Part shown: piece after piece, positions 1-12,500 of the stretch
Numbering within the stretch: the stretch's first letter is position 1
Layout: each line of letters starts with the position of its first letter
Source: Pocillopora damicornis
Taxonomy: Eukaryota
Length of the DNA stretch: 64,000 nucleotides
Direction: 5' to 3'
Assembly (NCBI RefSeq): GCF_003704095.1
Contig: NW_020844410.1
Location: 124,001 to 188,000, forward strand
Notes under the pieces: model-generated
The model's database searches: none
The model's input: only the letters and a program-made list of their open reading frames with translations
What the model was told of the DNA's origin: nothing
Made by a program: the position numbers and the translations under genes

Positions 1-71
1 TTCGATGTAAATATTCTCGAGTCCTTCTGCTCTGCTGGGTTGTAATGTTTTTAAAACGCTTATCTCCCCAG

Positions 72-2103
72 ACTATGAACCCAGATGTGTACCAAGGACC
101 CTGGGGCGGAGCTAACTGCCGTGACTCGATAGCACAGGTTGATGGGAATTACCGCAGCGTTTGGTGTAACTCACTTTATCATTGTTTCATTGTTCATCCA
201 TCTACCATCTATTAAATCATTCATTAATTCGTTCAATCTTTCGTTTCTCGTGCTTTATTCGTTTGTGTAATCCACTCGTTTGTTAATTTATCTCTAATTT
301 ATGAAATGTATTTATTCATTTATCGACAGACGGACAGAACATGTAATTGTGCGGCAGGTAAACCTTTCTTGAAACAAAAGAAAAAAATTCTATTAATAGA
401 TATGTGTGAGGAGCTTTTTCATTTTCAATGAAGTGATGTCGAATACACCATCTAACCAAAACATTTGTATCAATTAAGGTCAGTGTATGGCTTCCAAGAT
501 GTATGTTGATCAACTGAAAGATGTCCTGGTGCATTCGACTTCAAAAAAGGTTGCAGGATTCATAGCTGAGCCTATTCAGGTCAGAATGCTTTTCCCAACT
601 TCTGAGTCGTTTACGTAGTAGTTACGAACATTTTCCGACTTGACATAAAAAAATTTTGTATGGATGACGTAGATGTGTTTGGATACCAGCGCCCCATCTG
701 ATTGGTTGTTTCTTGCGAAGCGAAGCGAAAACCATACTACAGCCAATGGTTGTTCTTTATTTTGGCCTTATTTTGAGCATGTAACATATGTAGGTTCTTA
801 AATTGAGCGACGATTTACTCAAGTTTACGGTGGCCAATTTACGTTTTCAACTCAGTTGTTAGCTCTAAGTTACCNNNNNNNNNNNNNNNNNNNNNNNNNN
901 NNNNNNNNNNNNNNNNNNNNNNNNNNNNNNNNNNNNNNNNNNNNNNNNNNNNNNNNNNNNNNNNNNNNNNNNNNAAGATTTACTTTCATTGGCCAATATT
1001 TAGCTGAATAAAGCCTATTTCAATTCTGATTGGTCAGAAATGTGCTGCGGCTGGTGGCTCCTCAGATTTCCCGCCATTTAATGATGCATGCGCAGCGGAT
1101 GGAGTCTGCTATTTGCTTGGTGTTACGTAGTCAGATCGGCACCAGATCTCTTTTTAACTTTCCTCGTTTTTTTGTTGATTCTTCAATCGGATTTGCCGGA
1201 GATGTTTATCGAAGTGAATTTTTTTTCCGTATTTCTTTGCTGTAATTTCTCTTTAACCAAAGATTTGACCAAGCAGCCAACTTTTTCTTCCCTAAGGCTA
1301 TTGATGAAGACGGTGTACAAAAGAACTGTGAGGTCGTGGGAACATACTTCTTAGAAGAACTGCTTCAACTTAAGAAAGAGTTCCCGGATGTAATCGGTGA
1401 CGTCAGAGGGAAGGGTTTGATGATTGGCGTTGAGTTTGTCACAGATAAGGTGAGAGTTCAATTTATTCTCCATTATTTGGGTGGGAATATGAATCATTCT
1501 ACGGTCTTAAACATTTAAGAACGCGAAGATCGTTTTTATTTCCTAGGAATCAAAGACACCTTTGCCTCCCGAGAAGTTCGTCCCAATCTGGGAAGACTGT
1601 AAAGACATGGGAGTTCTTGTCGGAAAGGGTGGACTGTATGGAAATGTAAGTACTCACTTTAGAGATATTAATATCATCCTTGTCCTTTGTCTTTGTCGTT
1701 GCTTTGATAATTTAGTTTTGTTCCCATTAGACGAGTATCACTCTCGTTATACGTTGATTCGAATTCAAATAATTTCTGGTACACAGTGCCTGTCTCAGTC
1801 TTCTCTTCTTCAATTCATGGCATCTGCTGTATGACAGCGCAGCTCATTTTGTTGCCCGCCCTCACGCACGCACGCACTTGCCTCAAGGGTTGAAACAAAC
1901 GACTTCCTTATTTTTTATAAGAATTTGGTTTTCAACTGATGGGTGTTTCAGTAGATTCTTGTGCTTAAATTAAGACATTTTTTAATATTTTTTTGCCTTA
2001 GGTAATGCGTATTAAGCCCCCAATGTGTATAACCAAAGAGGATGTCGACTTCGGAGTTGCAGTTATTCGTACGGCCTTGTCCAAGTACTCGCATGGCAAA
2101 TAA
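72..2103 (+). CDS. AGXT2: Alanine-glyoxylate aminotransferase 2-like (class III PLP aminotransferase), 3' part; 5' exons lie outside the window
   Basis: GT-AG exons 72-137 (TMNPDVYQGPWGGANCRDSIAQ), 330-357, 479-579 (...VAGFIAEPIQ), 1297-1449 (...IGDVRGKGLMIGVEFVTDK), 1547-1645 (DMGVLVGKGGLYGN) and 2002-2103 (VMRIKPPMCITKEDVDF...stop). The expected DEVQTG and PLP-lysine exons are not visible and probably fall in the gap at 875-974. Confidence 0.92.
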
Positions 2104-2377
2104 ATAACAATCGTTGGACTTTTTACGATTACTGTTAGCACCAATAGTACCTCTGAATAAGTTGACATGCCCCACCGACTTTACTACATTCGCAGTATAG
2201 AATATCACAACACCGTTTAAGTATCCCAATGATCTGTCATGTAGTAAAACTATTTTTTTAGAGAATATTCGTGAATGATAATAATTGCCAGTAAAACACG
2301 AGACATCCTGATCGCATTGATAATCAAAGTGGGTCCGTGGGTTTTTCAGAGATCAATTTTGGGGATATTGAGTGTCT

Positions 2378-2589
2378 TTAACTCTTTTAACACCTAGAAG
2401 TGATGAACATGTGACTTCTCCCGATAATATCCATGCATTATTAAGGAAACACGTTATGGAAAAACTCAGACTTATCAGGTAGAAGTGGCTTTCTTGATCT
2501 AACACCGAATTATCGTGACTAAGTGACACAGAAATGTGTAGCAGCTAGGGGGGAGAAGCAATATCAGATCTTGGTAGTTGTAGGGTTAA
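2378..2589. mobile_element. Non-autonomous ~210-bp MITE with TTAA-CCC...GGG-TTAA-like ends (piggyBac-like); related copies at ~16889-17098, ~35935-36040 and ~55660-55851
   Basis: Shared internal motifs (tgatca..atgtaacttctcc, aaattctc) and the terminal sequence gggagtgaaag(g)gttaa recur across the window. TTAA next to CCC/GGG termini is the piggyBac signature. Confidence 0.6.
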
Positions 2590-3537
2590 ATGCTTCTTAA
2601 ATCATGGCAATGCCTCGCATCAAGTGGACGAAAGTGATTTACCTACAAATGGTTTCAACGTTGGGTAATCAATAAAGAACATTGAATCTATCGCACAAAC
2701 GTCCCCTCTCTTATTTCTGTTTTAGCATTCATATTGTATCTATAGAGATCTGCTCTTGATGCGCGGTATTTTTAAGCTAAAGCCTTGCGAAGGAGGATGA
2801 AAAGGTCTCAGGGAACTGTTGGGAGAACCGATAAGGTCCAGGAGAAGTGGTGATTCTGCCGGTTGCATTTTTCCATGAGTCTGAAGACAGCGATCAACTG
2901 TATGGCGTGCGCAGTTCGGTAGAAAAACATAGCTTTTAATATCTGTAACATTCGTTAGACAAAAGATTGTATCAATTTCTAATAGAATTTTAATATCTGG
3001 GGTAAATTTCACACTTGCTGTAATGTAAAAGAACAGTTTTGGGGTTTTCAGTCTTTTATCACTACTGCCTAGATTATTTACAAAAATTAAGCCGCGACGG
3101 ACGAAAACGTCAATTTTACAGACTAATTAAGCGCAGCATCGAGTCTAAATATGTATATTTAGTATAGTGCAACCATTATGGGCTCAATCAATACTGGGGC
3201 CCTAAATAACACGTGCCAAGCTTTTTGGTTTGATCACTTTTCACACTTTTCATACAATTAAAAAAGATATCTCTCTAGCAATGGTCTAAGATATTGATCA
3301 ATCTCTCGCCAAAGAGAGAGCGGCATATCTTTTTCCATCATATAAATACGCATACAACTACGGTATCGCGCTTGCTTTGTATCAAATGAAAATATTTATA
3401 TATTATTAAGTCACTCTTAATCTCTCTTAATCAAATAACGGGGCTAATTAAGTAAAATATTACATGGACGTCTCAAGGAGAACAACTTCGACGTGACATG
3501 AAGTTGGATCATACCATCATTCCGTCACCTACTTTTG

Positions 3538-6500
3538 TTATCTTTCTTTCCTAAGCGGGGGTACTAGAGGCTTGATAAGTCCATCCCCTGGGGGAGGGGG
3601 CACTCCCATGTAACGCTCTACAGGTGACTGGGGAGATGGAGGTAAAGAATCTTCATAGTCTGGCTGAATTGACAGGTTTTGTTCAAAGTCTCCTAGGATA
3701 TCGTCGATATTCAACTCCCCTGGTTCGTAAGACAGAGTTGAAGGCATCAATTCTAAATCATAGTCAGCCTGACTTGAGAGGGGTAGTGTTGGGGGTGGCA
3801 AAGTTGGCGGGGGAGGGGGAACAATTTCAAGATCAAAATCCGCCAAATCGTTGCTTTTCTGAGATCCTCTCTTGAGCCCTTTGCGTGCCTTCCTTGAGTT
3901 AGACGAACCGTTTATGTTGTTATTGTCAGTTGTTTCTTCCCAGCCTGACGGCGGAAATAAAGCTTGCAGATTCAAGTCTAAGTTTACAGTTTCTGTATCG
4001 TTGTTATTGTCAAATTCTTTGAAATGCATCGGTGGTGGAGGGACGATTTTCAAATCCAAGGAATCCAGGCTTGTTCTTGAAGCAGATCGTTCAGACCTGC
4101 CATACAAGTAATCCATCGGGGGAGGAGCCACTATGTTGACGCTATCTGTACCGTTCTGAGCTCCAGTTGTTTCACGGTCGGACGTGATCGAGTCAGATGT
4201 GATTCCATTGGCTCTAGTGAAGAGAGATGACGACAATAAAGGCGGCGGAGGTTTAAAGTTTGGCGGTCCAATGTCCACTTTTGCCTGGAATGGTTTGGGG
4301 CCGACAAGAGGTTTTGAAGGCAATGCTGGCTTGGACTGTAACGTACCGTTTATATCTCGAGTAGGGATTTCATTTTTGTCAAACCCACCATTAACTTCCA
4401 CGCCAGAATACAGATTGCGAGCTTCAATCACTGAAGTCGATGCTTTGATGACGTCATCGTTAACAGTGCCAGCTATAGAAGATACCCTTGGAGGAGGCGG
4501 TGGCTTAAATTGTGGCGGCGGCCTGTTTAGTGGAGGTGACGAAGAATTGAGAAGTTTAGCAGACGAAAGCGTGGGCGAACCAGGCACAACGACAGGGAAC
4601 TTGGGGGAAAACGGAGTCTCTGGCGATTGGAGCCTTTCTTCTTGCGACGTGACAATGCTATTCGGAAAACTATCTTGAATACTTTTCGGTCGGAAGGGAG
4701 CAGGCTTAGGCGGTGGTGCCCTGACCTTTGTTTCAACTGCCACGACGTCTTTCGTTTTGTAAGGAAGTGGTTTGGGAGGAGCCTGACGTTTTGCATCGTT
4801 CATTTTGGTCACGAAGTCAGCAACGACATCCCTAGTGAAGTACGCCTCCACTTCGGGCGTCGAAGACCTATCCACAACTTCGGAATATGGACTTTCATTG
4901 CGACGAAGTTGTCCAACTTCTGCATAATCCGGATCCACTTTAGGCAGACTGGCATCACGTGAAGGTGGTGATGGGCGCCTGTCCTTGTAAGGACCGGGAG
5001 GTGCTGGGGGCATATCTTTCCTGCTTACTTTGCGATTATGGGGCGGCGGTGGCGGAGGTGAAGGGTTCTCCTGAGCAGATGGGACCAAAGGTTTTACAGT
5101 TCGAGGTTCAACGACTTCGTAAGGATTCTCGACAACTTCCGGAGTGCTTTCGTCTAAAGTCATGTCGAATTTCGACGAGTTAAAACCATCAAGTTCGGGT
5201 GAAGATTGAGTGGAACCGTCGCGTTCCGGTGAAGGTGGAGACACGGGCCGTGACTTAGTAGCTAGCGATATATCTTCCTCAGAATAATTACGATCAGGAA
5301 TAGGTGGAGATTCATTAGAGTGGATTTCTTCTTCGATTGGATTGTCATTTACAATAGGAGCACTAGGAGTTTCCCCCTTGTTGATGAAGAAAGACTTGGG
5401 CTTTTTCTGAGTCATATCGGGTTTGGCGTAACTTGGCATTTCCCGTCCAGAGCCTTCAAATACCGATAGCATACTTTTCACTCCCATACTAGGTGAAATA
5501 CTCGTTTTTGAATCGTTACCGTCATTCCTCTCTATCTCGAGCTTCTTTAGTTCCACTTTACTAACATTTTCGTCAGCTCCGCCTACTTTAATTTTTCCAG
5601 CATAGTTAACAGGTTTTAGTGGAACCGGTTTCACCGGTTTTGAAACAGATTTTGGTGGCTCGGGTTTACTTGGTCTTGGAGCCGATGTTTTTACAGGGCT
5701 TTGGGGTGCGTTCGACTGCGGCGACTTTGGCTTCATCTTGGGGGGAGGTGCAGGTTTCGGTTTAGTGACCATCGGCGCTTTTGCAGGCTCTAAAACAACC
5801 TTTGGAGCTTCTTTGTTGGGAAGTGATGTACTAACATCCACCACCGTCCAAAGAGGTTCTTCACTCGGTTGAGTATCCACAGGCTTCACGACTGAGTTAG
5901 GTGATGCAAAGCGAGGAGAAGAAGGCGAGTTAGGCGATGCTAGGCGAGGGGTAGAGGGCAAGTCAGACGATGCTTCTCGAGGGGAAGGAGGCGGGTCAGG
6001 CGATGCTACTTGAGGGGAAGAAGGCGAGTTAGGCGATGCTACGCGAGGGGAAGAGGGCGAGTTTGACGATGCCACTCGAGGTGAAGAAGGCAAACCAAAT
6101 ACACTGTCATTACTTTGTTCACTGCTTATACGGCGTTTTTTGAAGCTTTCTTGAAGTTCATCTTTAGGTTCAAAATCAGGATCACTCATACTTCGCTCTC
6201 TGAAACTTTTTAGCTGTTTTGTGCGTTCCTAGATAAAACAAAAGCAGCGTGTGTGTTATTTTAAGACGGACAGAACAACTAACTATACAATACGGCGAGG
6301 GACAGTCGACACGGTGAACAGGGGCTCCACCTTTCGCTATTCCGGGAATCTCTAGTCCTACTAGTGTATATACTATGTACAGTGACTTAATAAAACAAAC
6401 ATTTAAATGAAAAAAACGCAAATAAACAAACATGGTCGCATAAAAATAAAAATATACAAGAATACATAAACATTCTATAGATTGACTTTAACTGAAGTAT

Positions 6501-9500
6501 CATACGCGTCGAATAAGACAAATAACGATAAAAGTAATAAAAATGAAATTAAAAAATAATCAAATAAATGTACGATCGGACAAATAACGATGAACACCCT
6601 ATTTCGCAACCATGGCGTGCACTACCACTGAAGGTATGAATTAAGAAAACAAAGAGAGGATAAAGTATGAATCCGGAAGGAAGACATCCAGGGTATTGAA
6701 GGAAAAGGAATTTCCATTAAAGAAAAGAAACGAAACAATGAGGCCATACTTCTCTTTGCTTCTCTCTTTTGGCTTGTTCTTCCTTCTGCTTCTGTCTCGA
6801 TACGTTTTCTGCATGTGCTCTCTACAGTGGAAACCAAAACACAATTATGAATCATAATAATAACTATAACAATAAGAGAGAGTTGACAGCACATTTTCAT
6901 TTTGGACGAATCCCAAGGCGAGCGACGAAGAGAGAGAGACGACGAAGAGAGCGACGAAGTAATCCAACATTTGCTTTGCCCTGTGATCGGTCGAGAAAAC
7001 GTGCACCGTTCTCTCAACCAATCGGTTCCAAAACTAAAAAACCAAACACAACTTGGTCGCCCGCGTTTTCCCGCGTTTAAAGCGCTTTGCAGTTTTTACT
7101 CTGAGTTCTAATTGGCTCTTCAAGGTATATTCTCCTTTCCTCTGATTGGCTGTTGTGATATGGTTCGACTTTTTCGACACTCAATTGAAAAGCGCTCTCG
7201 CAGCAATTTCATGCAATATTGTTCAAAAACGGAACGTTACATAATAGAATCACTCACCGTGAAATTCATAATAAACGCTGCAAAAATACCAAAGAAATCT
7301 TCTGTAGTAGCTGAAGTTGGTTTTTCTCCAAAGAACTTCACTGTTTCTCGGAATTCTTTGGTGCAATTTTCTTGCAAGCTAAGCAGATCAATTAATTCTC
7401 CTTCTGTTTCGTCTATAATGTTCTAAAGGTTTAGATTAAAGACAATATTTTAGACCTCACTGAAACCATTTAAAGAAGTGGCGCAATTACCGTCGCCATA
7501 GCTTCTATTAGGTGTCGGCATTTGTAATTCTATTCCAAATAAATTTGGATAATTTCAGTTTAGAAATTCAGCGTGGCTGTAAAGTTCTGAGGAATCTTAT
7601 GTAAAAACACATCCCATTCACAGGAATTTCTTTTATCCGATTGCACTCTAACCAATTCGGTTTGGTCATGTTCCCGGATGAACATAGTTGCCAGTTTGAT
7701 ATATAAATCTATCGATAAAACCATTCACTGCTTGCAACTCAGAAGAAGCGCGATGTAATGGTTTTCGCGGGGGAAAATTCGGTCTGGGGCCGCCAAATCA
7801 GCTTTTTTTTAATGGAATGGTAAAAGAATAAGCATAAAAAGAGAAAAAACTGGTAAAACTATGGAAAAAAGGTGTACAATGTGGGAAAATAAATGCGGTT
7901 AATAGAAAATGCACGCAAAAATCTCTAAACTAAATGAACGCTGATAGTGAAAACGAAATTCGAAATTGGCTTACCTTTACCGCAAGTGAAAACTTATCGT
8001 TTGGATCTTGTGACTTCAGTGACCGGAAAGCTCCAAGGTCTGACTTAAGCTCCTGTAGAAACATGTACCAAAGCGGAAAGTTATAGAAATGCTCTTTCGT
8101 TTGCGGTTTTAAGACATTTTTTTTGCAATTTGTGAGCTCGTTCGAACAGGACAAAATGAACAGAGCACTAGACAAACCTTCATTCCTTCAGCCAACTCTT
8201 CCACTTCACAAGCCACCATTTGCCCCGAAACTAGAAAAACAAAATCAAAAGTAAATTTCATCCAAGGGCATCAAACAAAAACATTATTTCAAAGCCTAAA
8301 CCAACGTGAGTTGGGTTACTATTGCGTTATTGCGTTTCAATTTGCTTGTTTTCACTCTGTCTCCACATTGGCTACTTGTGGTATGTTCCTCTGTTGTGTT
8401 AAGCCGTGGGAACCATTTTGAAATTCGACAACAATCACTCACATAAGTTCTTAAGCGTACCTTTAGCCGCTGTAGGCACTGTGTCGAGTTCTTCTTTGAT
8501 GTTTAACACTTCAGGGCACTTAGACTCGATGGACTGAACCAAAAAGTGCAGCAAAGTGGATTTGTTGTCTGAGGTTTTGGTGTTGCTGAGCTGTACAGAA
8601 TGAAAGAAAAAAAAACTGTCATTTAAAATATGGAACTCTGTCAAGCAAAAACATCTACAATGGCGAGAACAAGTCACAAAGGACTTCGAAGATCTCCTGA
8701 GCTGCGTTTAGGTATGTAAACTACTTTATAATTTTCAGTAAGAAAGTGACTTTAAAAATTTTGGGAGGTTTTAAATAGTACTTTGTTCATTGACTTTTCG
8801 GGGCCACAGTAGGAAAAGTTAATGTACCTTATTCAAATACTCAATCTTGAATGCAGCGGCTGATCCTATCCTCATATTTCCTTTGTTCATGTAATTACCC
8901 ATCTTTAGAACAAGCTGAAATCAATCAAAAAATCAGTTTATTAATCAGTCTAGTAAATAGGCAGACGGACAGACAGACAGACAGAGAAACACAGACAGAC
9001 AGGCAGATATACAGACAGACAGACAGAGAAACACAGACAGACAGGCAGATACACAGACAGACTGACAGAGAAACACAGACAGACAGGCAGATATACAGAC
9101 AGACAGACAGAGAAACACAGACAGACAGGCAGATATACAGACAGACTGACAGAAAGAAACACAGACAGTTGTATTCGATCTCCTCAGTCTATGATGATCA
9201 CGGTAGATAACAAAATCTAACCTAACTTGACCTCTCTTGTTCCTTCGTGGCTTATTCGTACTCTATTGGCGATTCGTAACGCGCACGAAATTTCATTTTC
9301 AGCTGCCCTTGTAAATTATATGCAGAGGCAACTCTCCATGGGCGTCAAAACGACTCAATTACCCTGAAAGATTACTTTCGACAAAAGATATCTTTCTAAA
9401 ACGCCGCAAAGGCTTTCATAGATAGGTAATCATAAAAGTAAGACACCAAACCTCTAGGATCTTCTTTAGTTTTGTACTATTTCTAAGTTCTCCTGATGCA

Positions 9501-12500
9501 TCAAGAACAGACTCTAAGTCCTGAAAAATAATTCAGTCAACAATATAAAAATGGTAATGATAATGATGAGAGTGATAACGATGATGATGATTATGAGGAT
9601 AGCAATAGTAACTAATAATTGTGTAGAAGAAAAGGAGCACGGGATTAAATAAATTCGAGTCAGTTTCGCTGAGCGAAACTTAAATCAAAGTTTTAATTTC
9701 TCTTCTTTCTTTATTTTTTGAGAGCTTAATGTTTAACGCCTTACCGGTTTAATTTCTTCCACTTTGTCAGCAAAACGAGCCTTGAAGAGCAAAGCTTTCA
9801 GTCGTTGTTTGTACCAAGGCACCTTACTCATCTGCAGAAAAGATAAAGAAACCTCACATACATAACACAAGAAAAGAAACTTAAAACATCGCTATAACTG
9901 AGTCGAAGACAGAGATAAGACCAGCACAAAAACAGAGCTCTTGGCAATTTTCAAAATTCTCTCTATGAAACCTCACATACAGGCAGCAAAATCGCAATCT
10001 CCATATTCCGTCTACATTGCCATGTATTAAGAATATTCAACTGAGAAAAAGTGTTGTGCACAAGAACTTATACACGTATGTTACATCAGGCCATTACCGT
10101 AACTACACGTACCTCGTAACAAAACCTGTCTGCTTTGTCCAACTTGGAAACATCGTCCGCGAAGTATTTAAACTTCTGGAGCTGGAAAGGAAGAGATGGA
10201 AAACATGTTAGTTAACTCAACGAGACCCTTAAGGAATTAAACTCACAACTATATGTAACTGTATGCTCATTCGGCTTCTTTTATTCATACGCTTGGACTC
10301 AAAAAAGCACTTTATGCAACGAAGACGATTTGAGACTCAAGGGAACCAGCCCCGAAAAAGTTTGTTTTTTTGCGCACAATGAAAGTAACGTCACAGAATG
10401 TCTCACCTAACATAGCTGCTGTCCTTACCTCTTTGCTGTCCGGTGCATAGAGGAGAAGCTGTTTCAAATGAGCCTCGCTGAACTTCTCATCGTCCATCGA
10501 CAGGAGTGCTTGTTTTATATCTTCAAATGGCATTTTCAAGTGACCCAACAAAATTGCTGCAAAATGAAACAGAACGCCATTAAATGGTAAATTTTACTGA
10601 CTGTGGACCGCGTGACTCTCACGGTACGAACACATCCCAGTTTCCGCAGCACTGAGTGACTAGAAGTGCTCCTCGAAGAGAAGCTAGTTTGTCCGAGGTT
10701 CCTCGCAGCATATCATCTGTTTATCGTAACCTGTTCGTCATCTTAGGAGGAGAGCAGGAGGAGAAAAGCACTTCTAGAGTGACGGGTCGTGATCAAAAAA
10801 CTCATCGCTTTGCCCAGACCTTTGTATCCAAAGCCAAACACTCACGGTAGTGAGGTGTTAAGCTTCAGCAAAGCATATCGTGAGAAGCGCCAGAGCCGTT
10901 GAGCGGCAAGAAAAGGAGTTCGCGACGCGTCTCTCGCCAATTCAAAAAGGAAAGCTTGCTCGCAGGCTAAGCGGGCTAAATGATGCTACAAATTTTGCGC
11001 GTAAAACAGCCAAAACGTCTTACATGCGAAACATTTTGACCGCAGAAAGGAAATTAGCATTCTTATTACGTACCTATGTTGTAGGTTTTCTTCGGATTCA
11101 TTACTTGTGGTTTCGCAGGCTTTTTCTCCTCTTTACCTAAAAAGGATAAAAATTATTACAATTTGGTTTGCAAAACAGCTACAAACTCAACTTTATGAGA
11201 AATCAAACTCACTTGATACTTTCTGTATGGCACTGAAACTTTGCTCGAGTTGAATGAACTCGATGACTTCTTCTGACGGCTCGTTTTGTCCCAGCTGTAA
11301 TACGAACAAGAGAAAGATTGGTCAGTGGTGGAAAGCTGCAGAGGTTTACTTTGCTAAGGGTCGTTTCAGACAAATTTGACATGGCAATGGTAGAGCACCT
11401 GATTCAAATCGCTTTACTTGAAAATAAACGAACCAAATGAAGACAAACGATTTTACGAGATATGGCCTGTGAATCCGAGAAGTGCCAGAATCGTGTGAGT
11501 TTGCCGCTTCTACTTCAAATCCGCTGCTTCAGATCGCATTCCATTCGTCGCTCTTTTTGACGGGTACATGTCGAATAAGTTGATTGGAGTGCGCCAAAGA
11601 GACAGTTAGGTATGTCAAAGGGTAGGTCTTCCTATTCTCATATTCGCAATTATATGTGTATAAAACGTGACAACGTAGGCAAACTCAAGCAACAAAGTCA
11701 TAATCAGCGTTCTGTTTTCCTTTTGTGTGATGCTTGTGTTGGGCGGGGAGAGCGAATTACAGGTAAGCGTCCTATTTTACATTTCAAATCGCGCCATTTT
11801 TAATTTACTTCGATAAACGAACTAACCTCTTAATTATGTGTTTTAAAATGAAACTTTAAGGCAAAAAAAAGGATACTTTTACAAGATCGTTAATAACAAC
11901 AATCCTTACCTTAGCCCAAACAGTGTCTTCTAAACCAGCGATACTCAGTTTCTCCCAGTTCACTCTCTTCAATTGCATTGGTGCAAGAACGTTTCCAGCA
12001 CCCCCGACAGGGGGAGGAGGAGGGACAGACGGTGGGGGAGGAGGCGGTGGCGGTGGAGGTGGTGGTGCTCCCATGGGGGGAGGAGGTGGAGGAGGAGCGG
12101 CGCTTGTACTTGCGACATCTTGGGTTCCTTGGTAAAAGCAAACGATTTTGAATTAGACTATAAACTCACACACAGAAAATCTAGCATACAGGTATCTGAG
12201 ACTTTGAGAGACTGCAAAGACATGAATTATTAGTAAATAACATGCATGGTAAGTGAGTAAACAACATCGGAACCTCGATCGTAACACCGTTTCAGTCACG
12301 CACTGTAAGGATTCTCTATAAAATGTTAATTATAGTTTAGCGAATTTACCTTCTGTTTCTTTCCCATCTTGGTCTTTCCGCCGAGCTTTAACCGCAGCAT
12401 CTAGGGGATTCTCTACAGCGTTGGGAGAGCTGGGTCTACTACCGGGATCTGAAAAAGAAAGAAGGAGAAAAGTCTGAAAAAGAGCGGCGAAAAAGGGAAA

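Noticed and set aside
2740-3018. 93-codon open stretch behind an acceptor-like site downstream of the delphilin stop
   Set aside because: No recognisable protein features and no compatible coding donor identified. It may be 3'UTR.
3624-5183. Plus-strand ORFs overlapping the delphilin tail, including the 164-aa Gly-rich ORF
   Set aside because: These are antisense shadows of proline codons with no independent coding evidence.
11865-11876. GTATCCTTTT on the minus strand inside delphilin intron 15
   Set aside because: A strong U2 donor (AAG|GTAAGG) lies 33 nt upstream and the acceptor has a U2-type branch site and pyrimidine tract.
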